Origin: an uncultured Clostridia bacterium
GTDB taxonomy: Bacteria > Bacillota > Clostridia > TANB77 > CAG-508
Reading direction: 5' to 3'
DNA length: 64,000 nt
Assembly: GCA_948735595.1 (NCBI GenBank)
Contig: CAPXSA010000005.1
Coordinates: 24,325-88,324 of the forward strand
The notes beneath the pieces are model-generated. The model made no database searches. It saw only the letters and a list, made by a program, of their open reading frames with translations, and was not told the DNA's origin. The position numbers and the translations under genes are program-made. Every line of letters begins with the position of its first letter. The first letter of the stretch is position 1. Positions 20,338-29,363 of the stretch are shown here, piece after piece.

Positions 20338-20589
20338 TTAATTTTTAATTTCTCTTTGAATTCTACTAAAAGCAAAGGCACAAATAACAAATCCTACAAT
20401 AAAGAATAGGCTAGTTTTAAATAAGGAAAAACCAATTTGATAAACAAATGGAACTGTATAAACAAAATCATATGTAAGTAAAATGAGAATAGATAAAATA
20501 CTTAAACAAAAAGATAATCTGATTCCAGATTTCATTAATCCTAAAATAGAATGGTCCATTTCTTTAAATTCTAACAGTAATTGACGCAT
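20338..20589 (-). CDS. Hypothetical small membrane protein
   Basis: Start at MRQLLLEF, with GGAAAGGAG 7 nt upstream. Two or three TM segments. Confidence 0.6.
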   Translation of the reverse strand: MRQLLLEFKEMDHSILGLMKSGIRLSFCLSILSILILLTYDFVYTVPFVYQIGFSLFKTSLFFIVGFVICAFAFSRIQREIKN

Positions 20590-20670
20590 AGAAATACTCC
20601 TTTCCAAAAAGTCATATAACTATATTTATGATAACATATAGTAAAACATGAAATCAAAGGTAATTTGTGC

Positions 20671-20702
20671 CAAAAAGAAAAAACCAAGCAAAGCTTGGTT
20701 TT
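20671..20702 (-). terminator. Intrinsic terminator of rpsT
   Basis: AACCAAGC-aaa-GCTTGGTT with a T run on the minus strand. Confidence 0.8.
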
Positions 20703-20740
20703 AAATGATTTAATAAAACTGTGCACAATTTTATTAAAAT

Positions 20741-21004
20741 TTAGTTCATAGCATTTAATTTTTTAGCCATATTAGATTTTTTTCTAGCTGCAGTGTTTTT
20801 TACGATAACACCTTTTGTACAAGCTTGATCTACTTTTTTTGTAGCAAAAGAAAATAATTCAGTAGCTTCTGCTTTATTTCCGGCTTCTACGGCTTGTTCG
20901 AATTTCTTAACAGCTGATTTATATCCAGATTTAATCATATTATTTCTAAGAGTTTTCTTTTCAATAACACTAACACGTTTAATTGCTGATTTGATATTTG
21001 GCAT
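20741..21004 (-). CDS. rpsT: 30S ribosomal protein S20
   Basis: 87 aa. [11 protein letters not shown]....K....N.. is the S20 signature. Confidence 0.95.
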   Translation of the reverse strand: MPNIKSAIKRVSVIEKKTLRNNMIKSGYKSAVKKFEQAVEAGNKAEATELFSFATKKVDQACTKGVIVKNTAARKKSNMAKKLNAMN

Positions 21005-21222
21005 CTTTTGGCACCTCCCTTTTGTAAGTTCATAATTTAACAGTGTTTATTATAGCATGGAAAAAGAGATTTGGCAAGAGAAAACTGAACATTTCTATGA
21101 AAGCAATAAATTTATTTAAAAGAATAATGAATTTCAAAAAAAACTTGAAAAGAAAAAAGAAAACGTATATAATAAATTTATACCAAAGACAGCAAAGAAA
21201 AAATTTGGAAGGAGAGATATTT

Positions 21223-21756
21223 ATGAACATTAAAATAGTAGGAAAAGAATTAAAAGCAACAGATGCAATTAAAGAGTATATTGGTAAAAAATCAGAAAGA
21301 TTAATAAAATATTTTGGAGAAGAATTTGATGTTACAGCAACGATTAAAACAGAAGGCGGAATGCAAGTAGCAGAGACAGAAGTAAGAACACCAACAGATA
21401 GATTTAGAGCAGTAACAGCACATAGAGACTTATATGCTTCTATTGACAAAAATATAGATATTTTAGAAGGTCAAATTAGAAAAATGAAGACGAAAAAAGA
21501 TCAACAAAATATGACTGATTCTATTCGTAACAAGGAAATTGCAAGAGAAGTAGAAGCGCACCCAATTGAAGGTGAAATTATTAAAACATTATATTATGAA
21601 ATTAAACCATTATCACCAGAAGATGCAAAACTAAAACTAGAAGAAAAACCACAAGATAGATTTTTAACATTTATCAACATTGAAACAGGAAAAGTAAATG
21701 TTATTTATCGTTTAAAAGATAATAGCAACTATGGTTTAGTAGAACCAGAAGCTTAA
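21223..21756 (+). CDS. hpf: Ribosome hibernation promoting factor (long HPF)
   Basis: Start at MNIKIVGKELKATDAIKEYI, with GGAAGGAGAG upstream. Has the S30AE N-domain and the C-terminal dimerisation domain (..FLTFINIETGKVNVIYRLKDNSNYGLVEP). The track ORF from 21043 is an upstream extension through A-rich leader. Confidence 0.93.
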   Translation: MNIKIVGKELKATDAIKEYIGKKSERLIKYFGEEFDVTATIKTEGGMQVAETEVRTPTDRFRAVTAHRDLYASIDKNIDILEGQIRKMKTKKDQQNMTDSIRNKEIAREVEAHPIEGEIIKTLYYEIKPLSPEDAKLKLEEKPQDRFLTFINIETGKVNVIYRLKDNSNYGLVEPEA

Positions 21757-21774
21757 GTAAATAATTATATAAAA

Positions 21775-21817
21775 AGAAACCTGTCTAAATATGTAATCTA
21801 AACAGGTTTCTTTTTTG
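21775..21817. terminator. Bidirectional terminator (hpf / SASP)
   Basis: AGAAACCTGT-17 nt-ACAGGTTTCT, with an A run before and a T run after. Confidence 0.8.
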
Positions 21818-21856
21818 TTGTATAAGTATACAACAAGGGTTGTTTCTTAAGAGAAA

Positions 21857-22057
21857 CTATTTCATTTGGTTTTCAGCTTGTTGAATTAACTTTTTAACCA
21901 TTTGTCCACCGATTCTACCAGCATCTCTTGCAGATAAATCACCGTTATAACCTTGTTTTAAGTTAACACCAACTTCACTAGCTACTTCATATTTGAATTT
22001 GTTAAGAGCTTCTTTAGCTTCTGGAACTACAGAATAATTGCTATTGTTGTTTGCCAT
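21857..22057 (-). CDS. Alpha/beta-type small acid-soluble spore protein
   Basis: ..VPEAKEALNKFKYEVASEVGV.L..GYNGDLSARDAGRIGGQMVKKLI is the SASP alpha/beta signature. AGGAGG lies 8 nt before the ATG of MANNN. Confidence 0.93.
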   Translation of the reverse strand: MANNNSNYSVVPEAKEALNKFKYEVASEVGVNLKQGYNGDLSARDAGRIGGQMVKKLIQQAENQMK

Positions 22058-22305
22058 ATTTTTCACCTCCTAGAATGTGATAATTGTTCATTTGAAAAAA
22101 CTATTTAATTGCTTTTTCAGTATTTATGTTGTGCAATAAAAATGAAAATACACTGGAAATTTTTAGAAAATTATATATTTTTTTATTTTGGAATGCCCAA
22201 TAAAATCCATTGACAAAATTCTACGAAAAAGAATATAATGTTGATAAAATAAAAATAATAAATAAGAATATATTTATAAGTATATTCAATGAGGAGTAAC
22301 TTAGG

Positions 22306-23298
22306 ATGAAGAAAATAAAAAAATGTTTTATGTCAATGCTTTGTATCCTAATAATTTCAATAGTAATGGCATTAGTTACAAATTTAACAATTCAAATTTT
22401 TGATACTACTGTATATGCAGATGTAGGAAGTTTTGAAGATTATAGTGGTGGAGGTTCATCATGGAGTAGCGGAGGTTCTTCTTGGGACAGTGGAAGTTCA
22501 TGGAGCAGTTCTTCATGGGATGATGATGACTATGGTTCAAGTAGTGGAATATTCATCTTTGGTGGTGGATTTGGATCTTTACTATTTTGGATAATAATCA
22601 TCGTTATATGCATAGCTGTTAGCAAAAATACTAAAAAAGGTCAAAATAACAATAGAAATGCAGAATTCTATAACAGACAAATGACAAATAATGCAGTAAA
22701 TATGCAAGCATTAGAAGCGACTCAAACACAAATTGAAAATAAGATTCAAGCAACTGACCTAGCATTTAATAAAGAAGAATTTGTAGCTTGGAGTAAAAAT
22801 TTATTTGTTAAATTACAACAAGCATGGACAGCTAGAGACTGGTCTACTATTAGAACTTTTGAAACAGAAAACCTATTTGAACAACATAAAAATCAATTAC
22901 AAGGATACATCAATAATAATCAAATTAATGTAATGGATAGAATTTGTGTAAATTATGCTCATCTATATAACTATCGAGTAGAAGGAGATAAAGAGATACT
23001 AACTGTAAGGCTCAATTCAAGAATGGAAGACTATATTATAGATGCTACTACAAAGCAAGTGCTAAAAGGGCAAAAAGGTTTAGACAAGGTTAATACCTAT
23101 TTATTAACTTTCATTAGAAAGAACGGGGTAAAAACCAAACCAGGAACGATTGAAGTGAATACAACAAATTGTCCAAACTGTGGAGCACCAACACAAATTA
23201 CCTCTAGTGGAAAATGCGATTATTGTGGAAGTGTTATTACAACAGGAGAATATAACTGGGTACTTTCTAATTTAGAAAGGGAAAGTGTAAGACTTTAA
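22306..23298 (+). CDS. Membrane protein with a Ser/Gly/Trp repeat, a Tim44-like domain and a C-terminal zinc ribbon
   Basis: Signal/TM segment, GGGSSWSSGGSSWDSGSSWSSSSW repeat, second TM, Tim44-like region (FVAWSKNLFVKLQQAWTARDW..), then CPNCGAP..CDYCGS. Confidence 0.75.
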   Translation: MKKIKKCFMSMLCILIISIVMALVTNLTIQIFDTTVYADVGSFEDYSGGGSSWSSGGSSWDSGSSWSSSSWDDDDYGSSSGIFIFGGGFGSLLFWIIIIVICIAVSKNTKKGQNNNRNAEFYNRQMTNNAVNMQALEATQTQIENKIQATDLAFNKEEFVAWSKNLFVKLQQAWTARDWSTIRTFETENLFEQHKNQLQGYINNNQINVMDRICVNYAHLYNYRVEGDKEILTVRLNSRMEDYIIDATTKQVLKGQKGLDKVNTYLLTFIRKNGVKTKPGTIEVNTTNCPNCGAPTQITSSGKCDYCGSVITTGEYNWVLSNLERESVRL

Positions 23299-23368
23299 AA
23301 TATAACAATTTTGTTTATTATAAAAATAAGTGATAGGTAGCACTTAAAATATAAAGGAGGAAGAAAAT

Positions 23369-24625
23369 ATGGGATTATTTAAAGCAGCAAAAGATGCAAT
23401 AGGGGGAACCTTAGCAGACCAATGGAAAGAGGCTATTCGTTGTGACGATATGCCTAACAATGTATTAATGGTGAAGAAAACAACTCCAAATGGAGTAATT
23501 AGCAACAAAAGTACGATTATTGTAGCACCAGGACAATGTGCAGTTATTTTTGATAATGGTAAGGTTATTGATGCAACAGCAGAAGAAGGATTTTATCAAT
23601 TTGATAGTTCAACATCTCCATCTTTTTTTGCAGGAGATTTTGGCAAAACTTTTAAAGAAATGTGGGAAAGGTTTACATACAATGGAGCAACAGCTAAACA
23701 ACAAGCTGTATTCTTCTTTAATACAAAGGAAATATTAGATAATAAGTTTGGAACACCTGCACCAATTCCATTCCAAGATTGGTCACATCCAATTCCAAAT
23801 CAAATGACGAATACCTTAACACCAATGAGAGTAGAAATTAAATGTTTTGGAAAATATACATTTAAGATTAGTAATCCAGCAGTATTTATGCAAGAAATAG
23901 CGGGAACAGCAGATAGATATACAAAAGAACAAATTGTAGAACAAATGCGTGCAGAAGTTATCGCAGTGTTCCAAAACTTAATCAATGAATTAGGTTCTGA
24001 AAGACATAAAGTTCCTGTGCTTGAAATGCCAAGTCAAACAGATGAAATTAGAACTATGATGGATGAAATGGTATTTGATGAGCAGGTTAGAAGAAGAGGA
24101 ATTTCGATTGTATGTTTTGCCGTTGAATCTGTAACATTGGATGAAGAATCAGAAGCAAAAATTGATAATTATGAATTTAGTTCAAATGCTCATTTACAAC
24201 AAGGAAAATTGGTAGATGCTTATGCAGAGGCAGTTCAAAAAGCAGCTGAAAATAAGAGTGGTTCTATCAATGGATTCATGGGAATTGGCATGATGAATAT
24301 GGCAAGTAATGGAATGACAGGAGGAGCAGCAAATGGACCTTGGCAGAATACACAAAATAGCCAAATAGATTTAAGTAAGCAAAATATAGAAAATGCACCA
24401 CAAACAACACAAGAACAAATGAAAGTAGAAATGGTAGGTAGAACAGAAACGCAACTAGACAATGATGAATGGACTTGCGAATGTGGTTCTAAGAATAATG
24501 GAAAATTTTGTAGTAATTGTGGAAAAGCAAAACCAGTACAAGATAAAAAACAATGTCCAAATTGTAAAGCTATGAGTGATAAGGATGCGAAGTTCTGTGG
24601 TGAATGTGGAACAAAGTTAGATTAA
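23369..24625 (+). CDS. SPFH/band-7-related protein (YdjI-like) with two C-terminal zinc ribbons
   Basis: MGLFKAAKDAIGGTLADQWKE..MVKK....GVISN.S.I.V..GQ.A....NGK is typical of the YdjI / virion-core-like SPFH family. C-terminus has CECGSKNNGKFCSNCG and CPNCK..FCGECG. Confidence 0.75.
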   Translation: MGLFKAAKDAIGGTLADQWKEAIRCDDMPNNVLMVKKTTPNGVISNKSTIIVAPGQCAVIFDNGKVIDATAEEGFYQFDSSTSPSFFAGDFGKTFKEMWERFTYNGATAKQQAVFFFNTKEILDNKFGTPAPIPFQDWSHPIPNQMTNTLTPMRVEIKCFGKYTFKISNPAVFMQEIAGTADRYTKEQIVEQMRAEVIAVFQNLINELGSERHKVPVLEMPSQTDEIRTMMDEMVFDEQVRRRGISIVCFAVESVTLDEESEAKIDNYEFSSNAHLQQGKLVDAYAEAVQKAAENKSGSINGFMGIGMMNMASNGMTGGAANGPWQNTQNSQIDLSKQNIENAPQTTQEQMKVEMVGRTETQLDNDEWTCECGSKNNGKFCSNCGKAKPVQDKKQCPNCKAMSDKDAKFCGECGTKLD

Positions 24626-24635
24626 AGGAGAGGAA

Positions 24636-25515
24636 ATGTATAAATTAGTAGCAATTGATTTAGACGGGACTTTATTAGATACTTATCGGGCAAGCCTCTA
24701 ACAAAAATTGTCAAGCAGTTAAGCAGGCAATGGAAAGAGGGATAGAGGTTGTTTTGACAACCGGAAGAAGTCCAGCATCTGTTAAAAATTTAGCAGAAGA
24801 AACTGGAGCAAATCATTATATTATTTGTGGGAATGGTGCAATTGTGTATGATTTGCAGAAGCAAGAAACGATTTACCAAAACTTGTTAGATAAGAAAAAA
24901 GTATTACAATTAATTCAAATTTGTGAAGAAAATAGCATTTACTATAATGTATATACAGAAGATACAATTATTACAAAGACATTAAATTATAATACGCTTT
25001 TCTATCATCATGAAAATAGTAGAAAACCAGATGATAAGAAAACGAAGATCCATATTGTACAAGATATTTATAAATATGTAAAAGAAAGAAAAGAAGAAGA
25101 TTATAGCAAAATGATGATTTGTGATGACAATAATATTATTTTTAGTAGTATTATCAAAAAACTAAAAATGGTCAAAAATGTAGATGTTTTAGATGTGGGT
25201 CACATGTCAAAGAAAATTATAAAAGATGGAACAGAGGAATATCCATTAGAATACTATTATACTGAGGTTAGTAGCCAAAATGTTGATAAATGGAGCGCCA
25301 TTTTAAAACTAATTGAAAAATTAAACATTCAACCAGAAGAAGTAATAGCAATAGGAGATAATGTAAATGATCAAACAATGCTAGAGAATGCAGGGCTTGG
25401 TATTGCAATGAAAAATAGTGCACCATATATCCAAAAAATGGCAGATGAGGTAACTTTAGACAATAACTCAAATGGAGTGGCTGCATCGATTGAAAAACAT
25501 ATTTTAACAGTATAA
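24636..25515 (+). pseudogene. Cof-type HAD-IIB phosphatase interrupted by a +1 frameshift at in-frame CGG 24687-24689
   Basis: MYKLVAIDLDGTLLDTY-R-ASL stops at 24699-24701. Skipping C24687 gives ..DTY-GQASNKNCQAVKQAMERGIEVVLTTGRS.., continuous with the 261-aa ORF (GDN.ND..M motif near the C-terminus). Confidence 0.88.
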
Positions 25516-25528
25516 AAGAATATAAAAT

Positions 25529-25566
25529 GCACACAACTATTATTAATAGAAGTGTGCTTTTCTTTT
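25529..25566 (+). terminator. Putative terminator after the cof-like gene
   Basis: GCACAC-17 nt-GTGTGC followed by TTTTCTTTT. Confidence 0.5.
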
Positions 25567-25614
25567 GGTTAAAAACAAGGAAAAGATTTTATACACGAAA
25601 AATGAAGGGAGAAT

Positions 25615-25767
25615 ATGTTTATGAATCAAAAAGATAAAATAGGAAATATAGAAAATGGGGAAGATGTGACAAAATATGGTGAGTTTGTTTCATCTTATTT
25701 TGCTTGGCTTACTCTAGAACATCAAAAGCAAAATGCTAAGAAGATGGAAGATATGACAAAGAAATAA
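25615..25767 (+). CDS. Hypothetical 50-aa protein
   Basis: GAAGGGAG RBS 5 nt before the ATG. No recognisable family, and below the track length cutoff. Confidence 0.35.
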   Translation: MFMNQKDKIGNIENGEDVTKYGEFVSSYFAWLTLEHQKQNAKKMEDMTKK

Positions 25768-26109
25768 CTAGGTAGGAAACTGCTTTAAAAATCTTGATAT
25801 TTCATTTTTATGGACTTTAAAAAATAGACTAGGATTTTTCTTGTTACTAAATATGTATTGAATATAAATAGTTTGATTTACATCAGAAATATAATAAATG
25901 ATACGAAATTGTTTATAAAGTCGCTCTCGAAAGTGTTTGTTAGATAATTCAGCAACATATCTACCGATATACGGTGCTTCTTGAATATGAATAATTGTCT
26001 TATAAAGATTATTTAATGTAGAGATGGCATATTTGATTGAAATTTGAGCGGAATAATCAAATATGTCATCTATTGCAAATTTGACATTATTAGATATTAC
26101 TATTTTCAT
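25768..26109 (-). CDS. ParE/RelE-superfamily toxin
   Basis: MKIVISNNVKFAIDDIFDY..I..I...P.IGRYV.EL....FRE.LYKQFRIIYYI....IYIQYIF has a ParE-like layout. The start overlaps the 3' end of the upstream small gene. Confidence 0.7.
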   Translation of the reverse strand: MKIVISNNVKFAIDDIFDYSAQISIKYAISTLNNLYKTIIHIQEAPYIGRYVAELSNKHFRERLYKQFRIIYYISDVNQTIYIQYIFSNKKNPSLFFKVHKNEISRFLKQFPT

Positions 26110-26287
26110 AATTTTCCTCCAAATCTTTAATGTATTGACCAAGTTCTTCTAAAGTACAAACATCTCCATTTTGAATATTATTTTCACTTTCTTTTAATTT
26201 AGCGAAAAAGAATAAATTATATATTACATCATATAGAGTATCTGTAGAAGGTTGTACTTGATTTAAAGTTTCTTTAATAAAGTTCAT
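26090..26287 (-). CDS. Putative cognate antitoxin (small acidic protein)
   Basis: 65 aa, translationally coupled to the ParE-like gene, with an acidic C-terminus. Confidence 0.55.
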   Translation of the reverse strand: MNFIKETLNQVQPSTDTLYDVIYNLFFFAKLKESENNIQNGDVCTLEELGQYIKDLEENYENSNI

Positions 26288-26305
26288 AGATGGACTCCTT
26301 TCTAA

Positions 26306-26509
26306 TTAATTTTCATTAAATGTTTGTTTCAGAGTTTCAAATGTAAAATGCTGATTTGTTCCCGGAATAAGCGTTGTTTCGTCCTCACCATACTTGTCAA
26401 GATATTCTTTCATAAGTAATAATATCATTTCTGCATATGTTTTGTTATCAAAGTAATCTTCAGGGAGAGAATTAAGGATTTTAAACATACGGTCTTTTAC
26501 AATTGACAT
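26306..26509 (-). CDS. Hypothetical 67-aa protein, first gene of the three-gene ParE module
   Basis: AAAGGAG RBS upstream. Same strand as the putative antitoxin, with an 18-nt spacer. Confidence 0.5.
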   Translation of the reverse strand: MSIVKDRMFKILNSLPEDYFDNKTYAEMILLLMKEYLDKYGEDETTLIPGTNQHFTFETLKQTFNEN

Positions 26510-26623
26510 AGTCTTTAATACTCCTTTCTACTTAATTTGTACTTAGTATAACACAGTTTTAGAAGATTTACTACTTAAATCAGTACAAAATTTTGAGTTC
26601 ACAAAATATTCACACAAAACGTA

Positions 26624-26651
26624 TTGACAAACAGAGAAAAGAGAGTATAAT
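26624..26651 (+). promoter_or_regulatory. Sigma-A promoter of the ctsR operon (TTGACA-16-TATAAT)
   Basis: Hexamers at 26624-26629 and 26646-26651. Confidence 0.75.
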
Positions 26652-26660
26652 AAGATTATA

Positions 26661-26677
26661 GGTCAAAGAAAGTCAAA
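26661..26677 (+). promoter_or_regulatory. CtsR operator (tandem heptad GGTCAAA-gaa-AGTCAAA)
   Basis: Exact match to the published CtsR box A/GGTCAAAnanA/GGTCAAA, located just downstream of the -10. Confidence 0.85.
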
Positions 26678-26747
26678 GTCTAAAAAGTAAGTTAGTGAAT
26701 AGCAATCAATAATACTAATAAATGATGGAAGAAAAGGAAGTGATGGA

Positions 26748-27197
26748 TTGAGAATATCTGATGTCATAGAAGAATTTATCAAGGAAATGTTTTCAGAAGA
26801 TGACTCTATTGAAATACAAAGAAATGATTTAGCGGAATATTTTAATTGTGTTCCATCTCAAATTAACTATGTCATAGCAACTAGATTTAAGCCATCACAA
26901 GGATATTATGTAGAAAGTAAACGTGGTGGTGGAGGACACATTAAAATTACAAAGGTCAATATTACAAAAAGCAACTATTTAATGCATGCTATTAGTAGTA
27001 TTGATAATAAAATTACAGCACAAGAAGTAGATATTTTTATCAGCAATTTCTTATCAGAGGGTATCATTTCTGAAACAGAAGCAAAACTTTTAAAAGTGGC
27101 AACAAGTGATAATGTATTAATTGTACCACAAGAGATAAAAGATATGCTAAGAGCAAATATCTTAAAAAATATGTTAATTAATTTAGTAGAAGACTAG
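26748..27197 (+). CDS. ctsR: Class III stress-gene repressor CtsR
   Basis: 149 aa with a TTG start. MRISDVIE.FIKEM......IEIQRN.LA..F.CVPSQINYVI.TRF....GY.VES.RGGGG.I.I is the CtsR signature. Confidence 0.93.
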   Translation: MRISDVIEEFIKEMFSEDDSIEIQRNDLAEYFNCVPSQINYVIATRFKPSQGYYVESKRGGGGHIKITKVNITKSNYLMHAISSIDNKITAQEVDIFISNFLSEGIISETEAKLLKVATSDNVLIVPQEIKDMLRANILKNMLINLVED

Positions 27198-27210
27198 GAG
27201 GTTGATTATT

Positions 27211-27777
27211 ATGTTATGTCAAAATTGTGGAAAGAATGAAGTGAATTTCCGTTATACTCAAATTATTAATGGGGTAAAAAAAGAGATGGCACTTTGCGAT
27301 AAATGTGCCAAAAGTTTAGGATTAGAAAGTTTGGACTTTAATATGCCAATTAACTTTTCTAACTTTTTAGGGGACTTTTTAAATGTGGCAGCAGATGCAG
27401 AAATTTTGCCAAGTTTTACAAAAACAGGAGTATTACAATGCGATGAATGCGGGATGACATACAATGAATTTGTAGATACAGGTAAATTTGGATGTAGTCA
27501 TTGCTATGATATTTTTGCAAATGTATTAGACCCAGTACTTAAGAATATCCATGGCTCTAGTAATCATGTAGGAAGAAGAAGCAGGTTATCAGCAGTAGAC
27601 AAAAAGAAAGTAGCACAAGATGTGGAACAAGCTCATAAAAAGGCAGCAAAGCCTGTAAAGAAAGATGAAAAACAAGAAAAAATAGACAAATTAAATGAAG
27701 AATTAAAACAGGCAATTAAGGAAGAACGTTATGAAGACGCAGCAAAGTTAAGAGACGAAATTAAGAAGTTGTGTTAG
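27211..27777 (+). CDS. mcsA: McsA (zinc-finger and UVR-domain activator of McsB)
   Basis: CQNCG..C..C, CDECG and CSHC zinc fingers, with a C-terminal UVR motif (EERYEDAAKLRDEIKKL). AGGAGG lies 9 nt before the ATG at 27211. Confidence 0.9.
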   Translation: MLCQNCGKNEVNFRYTQIINGVKKEMALCDKCAKSLGLESLDFNMPINFSNFLGDFLNVAADAEILPSFTKTGVLQCDECGMTYNEFVDTGKFGCSHCYDIFANVLDPVLKNIHGSSNHVGRRSRLSAVDKKKVAQDVEQAHKKAAKPVKKDEKQEKIDKLNEELKQAIKEERYEDAAKLRDEIKKLC

Positions 27778-27950
27778 TGCTTTAGCACTTACAAACTGCT
27801 ATATACAGCGAAGCTGTATAAGAAGTTGGATAAGTAGCTTTAGCACTTACAAACTGCTATATACAGCGAAGCTGTATAAGAAGTTGGATAAGTAGCTTTA
27901 GCACTTACAAACTGCTATATACAGCGAAGCTGTGAAAGAAGTTGTGTTAA
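27763..27950 (+). repeat. Tandem repeat, 3.2 copies of 57-58 bp, beginning inside the last codons of mcsA
   Basis: The unit AAGAAGTTGGATAAGTAGCTTTAGCACTTACAAACTGCTATATACAGCGAAGCTGTAT starts at 27763, 27820, 27878 and 27936 (partial). Each unit carries the hairpin TATACAGC-gaa-GCTGTATA. The first and last copies carry the mcsA-end sequence AAGAAGTTGTGTTA. Confidence 0.9.
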
Positions 27951-27958
27951 TTAAAATT

Positions 27959-28095
27959 TAGTCTAGCTATATTGCATCGTTTGCCCTTGCTGTCCGTTGC
28001 TTTCTAATTTAAATGTGAATTAAGGAAAGCAACGGAAGGCGCTCGGTTAAAACCTCGCCTTGCGCGGGCTACACTTTTGCAATATACATAGACTA
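27959..28095 (+). repeat. Dispersed structured repeat, family 2, copy 2 (inside the mcsA-mcsB spacer)
   Basis: Same core as 15121-15245. Bounded by the 18-bp inverted repeat TAGTCTAGCTATATTGCA / TGCAATATACATAGACTA. Confidence 0.8.
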
Positions 28096-28137
28096 AACAT
28101 AAAGACTACAACAATCAATAATAAAGGAGGAAGTAAA

Positions 28138-29154
28138 ATGCAAAATTGGTATTTACAAAATGGAAAAGACTCAGATGTAGTTATTAGTTCTAGAGTAAGA
28201 CTTGCTAGAAATTTAAAAGAAATTCCATTTCCTACCAAATATTCTAAAGAACAAGCAAAAAGGGTGCTAGAAAAGGTAAAAGAAATTGCACCAAGTATTG
28301 GATATGGAATTAAATATATGGAGTTAAACGATTTTGATGATATCACCAAAGTAAGTTTAGTAGAAAAACATGTGATTAGTCCAGAGTTTGCTATGAATAA
28401 GATGAAGACAGGAGCTGTTTTGTTAAATGATGAAGAAAATATATGCATGATGATTAATGAAGAGGATCACATACATATGCAAGTATTTGCATCAGGTTTA
28501 GAACTAGAGAATCTAAAGAATTTGGCCATTGAATTAGATGAAAAACTAGACAAGCTATTAACCTATGCTACTCATGAAAAATATGGTTATTTAACTTCCT
28601 GTCCAACTAATGTGGGAACAGCCATGAGAGCATCTGTTATGGTACATTTACCGGCTCTAACTATGACAGGAAATATTGGCAAAATCTTTAATATTGTTAA
28701 TGGTTTTGGGATGAATATTCGTGGTATTTATGGAGAAGGTACACAAAGTCAAGGAGAGTTTTATCAAATTTCTAATAAACAATCATTGGGAATTACAGAA
28801 AATGATATTATCAAAAACCTAAATATTATTACTGAAAAGGTAATAGAACAAGAGAGAATGGCTAGAAAGTATTTAGCCAAAAATTCTATTGATTTAGAGG
28901 ATAGAGTATATCGTGCTTATGGAACACTTGCTTATGCGACGAAACTTTCATCAGATGAATGTAAAAAGCTATTATCTTTTGTAAAATTAGGAACAGATTT
29001 GGGTATTATTAAAGAATTGAATGATAGTAAAATATCAAAATTGTATTTATATAATCAACCAGCCAATTTGCAAAAATATGTAGGAAAACCATTAGATGGA
29101 TATGAACGTGAAATTAAAAGACCAGAAGTGGTGAAAGAGATAATGAATGAGTAA
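28138..29154 (+). CDS. mcsB: Protein arginine kinase McsB
   Basis: Start at MQNWYLQ, after AAAGGAGG. ..VISSRVRLARNL...PFP.. and the ATP:guanido phosphotransferase motif CPTNVGT..R.SV are present. The track ORF from 28060 only reads through the repeat. Confidence 0.93.
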   Translation: MQNWYLQNGKDSDVVISSRVRLARNLKEIPFPTKYSKEQAKRVLEKVKEIAPSIGYGIKYMELNDFDDITKVSLVEKHVISPEFAMNKMKTGAVLLNDEENICMMINEEDHIHMQVFASGLELENLKNLAIELDEKLDKLLTYATHEKYGYLTSCPTNVGTAMRASVMVHLPALTMTGNIGKIFNIVNGFGMNIRGIYGEGTQSQGEFYQISNKQSLGITENDIIKNLNIITEKVIEQERMARKYLAKNSIDLEDRVYRAYGTLAYATKLSSDECKKLLSFVKLGTDLGIIKELNDSKISKLYLYNQPANLQKYVGKPLDGYEREIKRPEVVKEIMNE

Positions 29155-29160
29155 AAAAAT

Positions 29161-29182
29161 AAAAAACCTCCCACTTGGGAGG
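29161..29182 (-). terminator. Terminator of the minus-strand small ORF, lying between mcsB and clpC
   Basis: CCTCCCA-ct-TGGGAGG with a T run on the minus strand only. Confidence 0.6.
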
Positions 29183-29189
29183 AATGAGG

Positions 29190-29363
29190 TTAAATGGGGT
29201 CATCTTCATTATCGTCGTCGAGACAAAGGAAAACATCATCATCAATTGGATGAGTTTTCAGATATTTGAGAAGGAAACAAAGTAGGACTCCTATAATGAG
29301 ATTGACAGGAAAGTTTGGATCAAAGCAACGTACAGTTTCAAACAAAGTAGAAAAAAGTCTCAT
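29190..29363 (-). CDS. Hypothetical 57-aa protein antisense to the mcsB-clpC spacer (one TM segment, acidic tail)
   Basis: GGAGGAAT RBS 6 nt before the ATG. Reads MRLFSTLFETVRCFDPNFPVNLIIGVLLCFLLKYLKTHPIDDDVFLCLDDDNEDDPI and is followed by a terminator. Below the track cutoff. Confidence 0.45.
   Translation of the reverse strand: MRLFSTLFETVRCFDPNFPVNLIIGVLLCFLLKYLKTHPIDDDVFLCLDDDNEDDPI

Noticed and set aside
21030-21449. 139-aa minus-strand ORF and the 60-codon upstream extension of hpf (21043-21222).
   Set aside because: The A/K-rich leader has no RBS, and conserved HPF begins at MNIKIVGK (21223) after GGAAGGAGAG. The minus ORF overlaps hpf antisense.
27763-27950. Possible CRISPR array (regular 58-bp periodicity with hairpins).
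   Set aside because: The whole 58-bp unit is repeated and there are no unique spacers between repeats. No cas genes are present. It is a plain tandem duplication.
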